From IMG/VR virus record IMGVR_UViG_3300046779_001841, positions 160,001 through 224,000 of that record: a stretch of 64,000 nucleotides of DNA; one strand, given 5' to 3'. This document shows, piece by piece, positions 56,398 to 64,000 of the stretch. This stretch comes from a virus (taxonomy: Duplodnaviria > Caudoviricetes). Numbering within the stretch: position 1 is the stretch's first letter; the number at the start of each line of letters is the position of its first letter. Below the pieces are notes generated by a model that worked only from the letters and a program-made list of their open reading frames with translations, did not search any database and was not told the DNA's origin. Both the position numbers and the translations under genes were made by a program.

Positions 56398-59300
56398 ATG
56401 GCAATTCCACAAATGCAATTAACAATAGATGAACTTAGAAAATTAGCAGACACTATCAGTAAAACAGATGATTCTCTTGCTAAAGTAATGGGTAATTTGG
56501 TTAAACAAACTGAAATTGTGGATCAATCAAAAACATCTTTTCAAACTACACTTGCCAAAGTTGCTCAACGAACTTTAGGTGATTATAAAGCACAAAAGAA
56601 ACAACTTGATGTAATCAATGCAAAAAATGAAGAATTTCGTAAAAGAGAAATTGAACGACTACAAGAAATCAATAGACTTCAAGATGCTGGTGCGGAAGCT
56701 AATAAAAATGAAATCCAAAATCAAAAAAGATTACTTGAGAGTTTACATAAAGAACATAAATTAATGCTTCAAGAAGAAAGAAAAATCTATGATGATATTG
56801 CGAAAAAAAATCTCAAGATAATTAAAGATTTTGAAATCGGTATTGAAAATATAAGAGATGATTTAGATAAAGCATTAACAGGTGGTAGTGTTTTTAAGAA
56901 AATATCATATATTGGTGGTGAATTACAAGAAACTTTAGAATCTGCTATGGAAGGTGGTGTTCGAGGTTTACAAACAATTCTTAAAAGTTCTTTAAGTGGT
57001 GTTACTCAAATTTTTCAAATGCAGGCTTTAAAACTAGCTGAACAAGGTCAAAAAGATATTGCTAGAATTGAAGAATTAAAATCTAAAGGTGCTGTTGCTG
57101 GTGGTGGTACTGATGAAGATAAAGAATTAACAAATCTTGAAACTAGAAGAGTTAGTTCTGAAAGTTCTGCTCAAGGCTTTCTTGCTATGAGTAAAGGATT
57201 GCAAGTTTTAAGCACCAGTATCATGGGTGTGGTTAGTGTTTTCCAAATGCTGATTGATGCAGAAGCTAAAGTTAAAGAATTTAATAAAGATATGTTAGAA
57301 GATGCTGGTGGTTCTTTATCTTTTCTTCGTTCTGGTCAAGAAAGTTTAGCTGAAAGTCTTAATACCTATCGTGAAGGGTTTGCTTCAATGTCAAACACTG
57401 TAGGTATGAAAGCTGAAGAAATTAAATCTCAATTTATTGCACTACAAGATACTAATTTATTCAATAAAGAAAAACTTAAAGATTTTGGTGGTTTTGAAAG
57501 AGCATTTAAAACTCTCTCTACTTATTCCAAAGGTTTTGGTCTTAGTATCACTGAAACCACAGAACTTACCGAATCTTTTGCTAGTAGTCTTGCTATTGAT
57601 ACTTCTACTCAACATGGTATGGAAACAATATCTGATAGTTTTCAAAATATCGGTTTCTATGCTAGTAAAACAAATATCTCTACTAAAGCATTTGCCAACC
57701 AACTTAAAGAAGTCAATGAGAAATCTACCACTTTCAATAAGTCCATTACTCAAACTGCTTCTGTTATGTTTAAATTAAATAAAACTCTTGGTGCAAGTAG
57801 AGCAAAAGATTTTTTTGAAGGTTTTGAAGATCTTAAAGAAAAAGAATTTGGTGATTTAATTAAGATGTCTGCTATGGCTGGTGGACCTGGTGGTGAAACT
57901 ATACAAAAAATCTTAAAACAAAATGCTTTAACTGCAACATCTGCACTCCAAAAGACTTTAGGTGGTAAAGAAGAAAAAGAAGCATTTGCCAAAGCATCTG
58001 CAGAATCAGGTCTTAATATTGATTTCACTTTGCCACTCGAACAAATTGTGGATCAACTTAAAGGTGTAGATATGAGTGGTGATGCTTTTATTAAATTATC
58101 TGGTAGCTTAGAAGATTCTGGATTATCAAATGCACCACAAATTCTCGAAAAACTTAAAGCATCCATAACTGCTACTCAAGGTTTAGGTAAAGAGAAAGGT
58201 TATGAAGAAGTTGCACCTGCATTAAAAGAATTAAGTATTGGTGGTCAATATGCTATGAAATTTGCTGAAATTAAAGCGATCATTGAAGCTGGAACAGATA
58301 AAGGTAAAACGATTAGTAATCTTGGACAAAAAAATTTAGAAATCGTTAAAACTGCTCTTAAAGGTACAGGTAAAACAGAAAAAGAAATCAATTCTTTAAT
58401 TGCTTTAGATATGAGAGCAAGAAGTGATTTTATGAAAGCACAAGATTTACAAAAAAAGTATGCAGGTGCTTCAAATGAAGATCGTAAAAAAATTGATGAA
58501 GAATTAAGTAAAATAGGTGTTATGATTAATGATGAAGGCAAACTTGTTACTAAAAACACTAAAGAACTTGTTTCTAATGTAGAAGATATGTATGTCGCAA
58601 CAGGTGAAATTTTTAGTGAAGAAGAAAAACTTAAACAACCACAAGTTAAATCTGAACAAGAACTTATGCAAGATCAAGTTGATGCTACTTGGGGTGTAGG
58701 TGATCGTCTTTCTGCATCTTTTGGTGTTTATCTTGAACAACTTAATTCTTATGTTGCTCGTATTTTAAGTTATATTTCTTCTTGGTTTGGTTCGCAATCA
58801 AATGAAGAAATGAAAACACAACAAAGACTTCAAGAAGAAAAAATTAAAGAACAAGAAAATATTAGAGATCAGATGAAAGCTGAAAAGAGAAAGATTGATG
58901 AACTTAATAAAAAAGGCAAAAATTTAACAGATCAAGAGAAAGCACAATTACAAGAAAGCACTGATAAATATAAAGCACTCGAACAACAATCTTTAGCGAG
59001 TGAAAAATCTTTAGAAATGTTGAAAAAAGGTATTGAACTTAAAGGTAGTAAAATAGCACAAGAACAAGAACTTGCTACTTCAAGTAAAGCATTAGCAGAA
59101 TTAGAATATGGTAAAGGTAGTACAGGTGCGGGTATTGGTCAATTAAAAGAATCTCTTGGTGTTAGTAGTAATGAACAAATTCTAAAAACACTCGATCAAA
59201 TGAGAGATATTTTTGAAGCACAAAGATCTGGTAAAGCTAGTGAAGGAGAAATTAAACTTCTTGATGAATTTAAAAAGAAAGTATCAGGTGCGGGTTTAGA

Positions 59301-60171
59301 ACTACAATTAGATAAAACATTGTTAGGTACTGATTATGCTAAAATCAAATCCAAAGAAGGCAAAGACTTATTTGAATCTATTGAAGGAACTATTTCTGAT
59401 ACTAATAAAACAAAAGTTAATTTAGGTGCTACAAAAACTCAAAAAAACAAACTCGCTTCTTTCTATAAAGACTTAGGTATTACTAATCAAGATGAACTCA
59501 GATCTAAAATTGAAGAGTATAGACAAATTCTTGAACAAGAAAATGATCTCATTTTTAATGATTTAACTGAAGAACAAAAAAAGAAAAAAACTCAAATCGA
59601 AGAAGCGATGGCAAAACATAATATCACTAAGTCTTTTGAATCGGGTTTGACACAATCAGATCTTGAATTTAGAACCGATGGTATGAGAATAGGGTATGCA
59701 GGTATTGGTAGTGGAAAAATAGAACAATATGGTGCGGATGCTTTCACTTCCGAAAATATTAATGCTCAAGCACAAGCTAATGCCAAAGCACAATCTGAAG
59801 AAGATAAAAAAAATGAACAAGCTAAAATAGATGCTAATGCTAAAGGTGTTCAACAAGGTCTTGAACAACATGATTTAGCTAAATCTACTATGATGATGCC
59901 TACTACACCTATGAACGATTTTATTTGGCGTGAAAAAGGTGGTCTTCAATCTTTCTCTCCACAAGATAATGTTATTGGTTTTAAAGATAATGGTATCATG
60001 GGTCAAGCTGTAAATAATATGATGGCTGGCAATACTACTACTAACAACAATAATAATAGAGCATTGTTTAATATCAATATTAATGGTGGTAATAAAGATG
60101 AAGTTCTTAAAACTATCACTGATGCTCTTAAACGAGCAGGTGTTGTTACCGAACGAACTTCCTATGCTTAA
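56398..60171 (+). CDS. Tape measure protein
   Basis: Likely start is ATG 56398 (RBS AAGGTGG). ~1250 aa of coiled-coil A/K/E/S-rich sequence. C-terminal NDFIWR.....F..QD..IG.K...NININGG pattern. Confidence 0.8.
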   Translation: MAIPQMQLTIDELRKLADTISKTDDSLAKVMGNLVKQTEIVDQSKTSFQTTLAKVAQRTLGDYKAQKKQLDVINAKNEEFRKREIERLQEINRLQDAGAEANKNEIQNQKRLLESLHKEHKLMLQEERKIYDDIAKKNLKIIKDFEIGIENIRDDLDKALTGGSVFKKISYIGGELQETLESAMEGGVRGLQTILKSSLSGVTQIFQMQALKLAEQGQKDIARIEELKSKGAVAGGGTDEDKELTNLETRRVSSESSAQGFLAMSKGLQVLSTSIMGVVSVFQMLIDAEAKVKEFNKDMLEDAGGSLSFLRSGQESLAESLNTYREGFASMSNTVGMKAEEIKSQFIALQDTNLFNKEKLKDFGGFERAFKTLSTYSKGFGLSITETTELTESFASSLAIDTSTQHGMETISDSFQNIGFYASKTNISTKAFANQLKEVNEKSTTFNKSITQTASVMFKLNKTLGASRAKDFFEGFEDLKEKEFGDLIKMSAMAGGPGGETIQKILKQNALTATSALQKTLGGKEEKEAFAKASAESGLNIDFTLPLEQIVDQLKGVDMSGDAFIKLSGSLEDSGLSNAPQILEKLKASITATQGLGKEKGYEEVAPALKELSIGGQYAMKFAEIKAIIEAGTDKGKTISNLGQKNLEIVKTALKGTGKTEKEINSLIALDMRARSDFMKAQDLQKKYAGASNEDRKKIDEELSKIGVMINDEGKLVTKNTKELVSNVEDMYVATGEIFSEEEKLKQPQVKSEQELMQDQVDATWGVGDRLSASFGVYLEQLNSYVARILSYISSWFGSQSNEEMKTQQRLQEEKIKEQENIRDQMKAEKRKIDELNKKGKNLTDQEKAQLQESTDKYKALEQQSLASEKSLEMLKKGIELKGSKIAQEQELATSSKALAELEYGKGSTGAGIGQLKESLGVSSNEQILKTLDQMRDIFEAQRSGKASEGEIKLLDEFKKKVSGAGLELQLDKTLLGTDYAKIKSKEGKDLFESIEGTISDTNKTKVNLGATKTQKNKLASFYKDLGITNQDELRSKIEEYRQILEQENDLIFNDLTEEQKKKKTQIEEAMAKHNITKSFESGLTQSDLEFRTDGMRIGYAGIGSGKIEQYGADAFTSENINAQAQANAKAQSEEDKKNEQAKIDANAKGVQQGLEQHDLAKSTMMMPTTPMNDFIWREKGGLQSFSPQDNVIGFKDNGIMGQAVNNMMAGNTTTNNNNNRALFNININGGNKDEVLKTITDALKRAGVVTERTSYA

Positions 60172-60189
60172 CAGAAAGGATTTGTTTAA

Positions 60190-60783
60190 ATGCCTAGCTT
60201 ATTAGATCTCAATAATGGATCTGGTGTTAAACCTGTTATTTTTGATATTGTTGCTCCAGATGGATACACTTCTCTCTTAAATGATGGTCAATCAGATCTT
60301 AGACTTGTTCTTCAAGTCAATCCCACTTCACTTAAATTCTCTTACACTAAAAAAATCACTCGTACTCAAACATTCGGTGGTTTTATTGAAACTCATTGGG
60401 GTGATGAACCTATTACTACTACTATTGATACTGCTACTGGTGGTTTTATTCGTGTTGGCACTGGTCTTTCTGCTATCACTGGTTCAGTCCCAAGTGTTGG
60501 TGGTTCTGATAAAAATGATGGCACTCGCATGGATACTTTAGCTTATGATAAATACCTAGATTTCCTTGCTCTTTTCCATAACAATGGTGCTTTATATGAT
60601 GCTTATGGCAATATCGTTGTTCATGGTCGCATTAAAATGTCTTTTAATGGTGGTACTTGGTTTGGTTGGTTTCAATCTTTTACTGTTACTGATAGTGCAG
60701 AAACTCCTTTTAGTTTTGCTTTAAGTGCTAATTTCCAAGTCGAAAGAGAAGTCCATGAAATTAGAACACAGATGGGAATATAA
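60190..60783 (+). CDS. Tail tube initiator / baseplate tube-like protein
   Basis: LQVNPTSLKFSY.K...TQT.GG....WG pattern following the tape measure gene. Confidence 0.6.
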   Translation: MPSLLDLNNGSGVKPVIFDIVAPDGYTSLLNDGQSDLRLVLQVNPTSLKFSYTKKITRTQTFGGFIETHWGDEPITTTIDTATGGFIRVGTGLSAITGSVPSVGGSDKNDGTRMDTLAYDKYLDFLALFHNNGALYDAYGNIVVHGRIKMSFNGGTWFGWFQSFTVTDSAETPFSFALSANFQVEREVHEIRTQMGI

Positions 60784-60786
60784 AAT

Positions 60787-61854
60787 ATGAAACCTACTCT
60801 TGATATTAGTCAATTTACTCAACTCGCTACAGGCGAACTTTTTCAAATGTACAGTAATGAAGTTTCTAATGGTGCTTATCCTGTTGATACTTCTGATCCT
60901 GTTGCTCGATCTTATTCTCCTTTTGTTCTTTATATTGAACCACCAGATGTTATCTTTCCTAGAGTAGTTAGGAAACAAAGTGAAATCTCTTCTACTAAAA
61001 TTCCACCTTTTGCATCACCTTTACGAAATCGTGCTTATCTTGCCACGAATGTTAATTCTCTCAATGGTGCTTCTATTTCTTCTAATGCTAGAAATCCTAT
61101 CTATTCTTTTAATAGTCAAGTTACTGAAAATAATACTTCTCAAGCTGGGCTTTCCGATAGAGATGTTGCACTAGATATTATTGATCAATACAAACAACTT
61201 AGAGATTTACCTCCAATGGTCTTTTTAGTCAATCCACAATCTTTAGGCTTGTCATATAATAAAGTTCAACAATATAGTGAAAGAACTCGATTTGGTTATG
61301 TCTTTCAAGCATGGGGTGAAGAATTACCTGATCTTGATGTTCAATGTAAATCAGGTGCTTATATTGCTTATGGTGATTCTAGTAAAACTGCTACTGGTTT
61401 ACAATTCGCATCTATGAGAGATAGTGCTAGTTTTAGACAAATCCTTGCTATCCTTGCCATGTATCGCAATGGTGCTACTATTCGTGATCGTGTTGGTAGA
61501 TCTGAAGTCATACATGAAGTCGGTCGCTTTGTTATTGAATATGATGGTACTCGATATAAAGGCACTCTTGAATCCTTTGAATATGGTTATGATGAAACAC
61601 AAATGTTAGGTGGTATGGATTTTTCTTTTAAAATGAAAGTCCATGAAATGACTTATTTTGAACCAACTAAGATACAGAATAAAGCTACACCTAAAATTTC
61701 TTTTGATTCAGAAAACATCGAACTCAATCAAGATATTCTTGAAGATAATCAAACTACTAAACCTGTTGGTACAGGTGTTTTACTTCCTACTGAAGAAAGC
61801 CAACAAACTCAAGTTAATGCTTTGTTTAATTCTTCTTTCCAACAAGGACAATAA
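60787..61854 (+). CDS. Second tube-initiator-like protein (paralogue of 60190-60783)
   Basis: FLVNPQSL..SY.K.......R.G.....WG and LAMYRNGA..D align with the upstream gene. Confidence 0.55.
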   Translation: MKPTLDISQFTQLATGELFQMYSNEVSNGAYPVDTSDPVARSYSPFVLYIEPPDVIFPRVVRKQSEISSTKIPPFASPLRNRAYLATNVNSLNGASISSNARNPIYSFNSQVTENNTSQAGLSDRDVALDIIDQYKQLRDLPPMVFLVNPQSLGLSYNKVQQYSERTRFGYVFQAWGEELPDLDVQCKSGAYIAYGDSSKTATGLQFASMRDSASFRQILAILAMYRNGATIRDRVGRSEVIHEVGRFVIEYDGTRYKGTLESFEYGYDETQMLGGMDFSFKMKVHEMTYFEPTKIQNKATPKISFDSENIELNQDILEDNQTTKPVGTGVLLPTEESQQTQVNALFNSSFQQGQ

Positions 61855-61855
61855 T

Positions 61856-64000
61856 ATGAGTACAACCACTAAAGGCACTAGCTTTATCAATACTTCAAGA
61901 ATTGAAAATAGACCTTATGCTGGATCTTGGAAACCTAATTTTAGAAAAGTCCATACTTGGTCACCCGATGCTCTTGTTTATATTAATGGTGATACTGCTT
62001 TAATTGGTTGCCAAGAATGTAAAAACAAAATCGATTTTCAACCTTTCATCACTTCTGTTAATGTTGAAGCTGGTAACACATCTTCATCTTCTTCATCTTC
62101 TATTAATTTCTCTATTCCCAAGCATCATGGTGATAGCATTTTTAAAGATGGTACTTTTATCTTATGTGTTGGTCTTGAAGTCAATGTTTATTATCGTGGT
62201 TATTTTAATGTTCAAAACCTTTTAGAATCCGAAACACTTGATTATGGTGATGAAGTTTATGATTTAGCTGATCTACAAATGAAACCTTATTATCCTGTTT
62301 TTCATGGTGTTGTCACTAATGTTTCTTATTCTTATAGTGGTGGCTTTTATACTGGTTCTCTTTCTTGTAATGGTTTGTTACACTTTTGGCAATATCAACA
62401 TATTGTCACTCAAGCGGCCGCACTCGAATCTATTCCAAATGCTCAAATGCAACCAACAGGTCATGTTTTCACTGGATGGACACCACATCAAATTATCAAA
62501 TATTTGTTTAAAGATCGTGGTGGCGCTCAAAAAAATGATCTTGGCTTTGGTATCAATAATGCTACTAATTTGTCTTCTCAAGGTGGTGATGAACTTTGGC
62601 AACAAGCACTTCAATATTGGGAAACTAGATTTTCTCAAGGTCTTTATAATTTAAGAATGTATGGTGCAAGTGGTAATCTTCTTTCTAATGGTGCAGATGC
62701 TTATATTGATACTCTTATTGTTCAAAGTGGTGCTTTAAGTCCAAGATCTCAAAATGGTCTTCCATCTATGAACTCGCAACAAAAAATTGAAAATACACTC
62801 GATCCTAAAGTTCTTAGACAATATGATTTAATTGAAATTCCTTTGACTGGTACAGATCCAGAACAAATCCAACCTTTCACTTTAGATGTTGGTCAAGTTG
62901 GTCAATTAGATTCTTATCAATCTACTTATGAAACTAAACTTGGTATTGCAGATACTGTTGTTGAAAAAACTAATTGGGAATTTTTTCAAGATGTAGATGG
63001 TGATCTTGTCTTTAAACCACCTATGTTTAATCTTAATGTTAAAGGCAATCGTGTCTATACTATTAAACCTGAAGATATTATTGATATTGGTTTTTCACAA
63101 AAAGAACCTAATGCTACTTATGTTGTTTGTAAAGGTAGTGTTATGGGAAACATGGGTGGTGTTGTAGATAATCAACAAATTACACCACAAGCACAATATG
63201 TTGATTATCGTCTTGTTGCTAAATTTGGTTGGCGTGAAAACCAATTCGATGCTACTCATATCAAAGATCCTAAATCTGCTTTTTATATGGCAAGTGCAAG
63301 ACTTGATCTTTTAAATAAAGATGTAGAAGGTTGTACTTTAACTATTCCACTTAGACCAGAATTAAAACCAGGCTATCCTATCTATATTGAACACATTGAT
63401 TGTTTCTATTATGTAGATTCAGTCAGTCATTCTTTTTCATTTGGTGGTGATTGCAATACATCTTTAACACTTGTATGTAGACGAAAGAAATTTATATTGC
63501 CTGGTAGTGCAAATACATCTTATGCACAAGATAGCAGTAAAGCGATTGATCTTGCTAATATTTCTCAACCAAGTAAATATCTAAACACTTTAGATTCTGA
63601 AGGTAATATTCGTGTTACTGGATTTCCTAATGTTGTTATGGCAATAGATCAAACTAAAATCAATCCTGCATCTTTACCTAGTGGTCAAGATAATATTGAA
63701 ATCACTACTCCAGAACATCTTAATATGCTTATTCTTGAAGCACACAATGCTGGTATTTTACAAATCGCACCACAAGCAAGTAGTGATTTAGGTAAAGGCA
63801 ATCCTTTATTTACGGGTCCATTCTTTGTTAGAAATCCTGCATCTACAGATGGTGAAGGTGAAATCATTGGTATTCTTGATCTTAAAGACACATCAAATCA
63901 AATATCATCACAAGCGAACATAACACCAAATAGTAATAATAATGCAGTGCAACCTAAAGACACTTCTATTAAAGCGAATGATAAAGATCTAAATGAAATC
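61856..64000 (+). CDS. Baseplate hub protein (3' truncated, absent from the ORF track)
   Basis: Frame open from ATG 61856 to the window end (MSTTTKGTSF...). FFQDVDGDLVFKPPMFN and LRPELKPGYPIYI....YYVDSVSHSF are gp27/gpD-like hub features. Confidence 0.75.
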   Translation, partial: MSTTTKGTSFINTSRIENRPYAGSWKPNFRKVHTWSPDALVYINGDTALIGCQECKNKIDFQPFITSVNVEAGNTSSSSSSSINFSIPKHHGDSIFKDGTFILCVGLEVNVYYRGYFNVQNLLESETLDYGDEVYDLADLQMKPYYPVFHGVVTNVSYSYSGGFYTGSLSCNGLLHFWQYQHIVTQAAALESIPNAQMQPTGHVFTGWTPHQIIKYLFKDRGGAQKNDLGFGINNATNLSSQGGDELWQQALQYWETRFSQGLYNLRMYGASGNLLSNGADAYIDTLIVQSGALSPRSQNGLPSMNSQQKIENTLDPKVLRQYDLIEIPLTGTDPEQIQPFTLDVGQVGQLDSYQSTYETKLGIADTVVEKTNWEFFQDVDGDLVFKPPMFNLNVKGNRVYTIKPEDIIDIGFSQKEPNATYVVCKGSVMGNMGGVVDNQQITPQAQYVDYRLVAKFGWRENQFDATHIKDPKSAFYMASARLDLLNKDVEGCTLTIPLRPELKPGYPIYIEHIDCFYYVDSVSHSFSFGGDCNTSLTLVCRRKKFILPGSANTSYAQDSSKAIDLANISQPSKYLNTLDSEGNIRVTGFPNVVMAIDQTKINPASLPSGQDNIEITTPEHLNMLILEAHNAGILQIAPQASSDLGKGNPLFTGPFFVRNPASTDGEGEIIGILDLKDTSNQISSQANITPNSNNNAVQPKDTSIKANDKDLNEI

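Noticed and set aside
321-63891. Many short antisense or off-frame ORFs in the track (e.g. 321-503, 5069-5335, 37277-37690, 55719-56216, 62304-62654)
   Set aside because: They are shadows inside longer well-supported genes, with no RBS or recognisable motifs.
1-64000. Stop-codon reassignment (TAG or TGA), as in some large phages
   Set aside because: Code 11 gives long, tightly abutting ORFs, and TAG and TGA act as real stops (10644, 26629, 25955, 48524).
1-64000. Apparent scarcity of other palindromes (ACGT, GAATTC, AAGCTT, CCGG)
   Set aside because: Impression only. It could not be checked reliably by eye and needs a computed k-mer count.
1-64000. CRISPR array, tRNA, rRNA, integrase or IS element
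   Set aside because: No repeat-spacer array or cloverleaf was seen. Intergenic gaps are mostly under 100 nt, and the ~250-bp-spaced 16-mers are coding.

Overview
AT-rich (roughly 28-30% GC by eye), densely coded segment of a large contractile-tailed dsDNA phage genome (probably a jumbo phage), standard genetic code. No tRNA, rRNA, CRISPR, integrase or IS element was seen. Layout: 1-15.8 kb (+) baseplate wedge and tail-fibre genes. 15.8-53.8 kb, mostly (-), accessory and replication block: SspB-like adaptor, NAD-dependent ligase, SWIM protein, C5 methyltransferase, a lytic-transglycosylase-like pair, a primase split into TOPRIM and CHC2 genes, sliding clamp, three giant SNF2+GNAT paralogues, AdoMetDC-like enzyme, DnaB with a degenerate loader, and a stand-alone SNF2. 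53.9-64 kb (+) tail tube, chaperones, tape measure, tube initiators and hub. Main candidates for novelty: (1) three tandem ~2000-aa SNF2-ATPase/GNAT proteins, one with intact ATPase motifs and two with decayed motifs, sharing terminal peptides and R-x-A motifs; (2) near-total loss of GCNGC sites and hence Ala-Ala dipeptides, with every survivor I found overlapping GGCC, alongside a phage C5 MTase; (3) a ~45-bp non-canonical promoter-like motif present four times; (4) a recurring pairing of active enzymes with catalytically dead paralogues. All family calls come from motif recognition by eye, not database searches.
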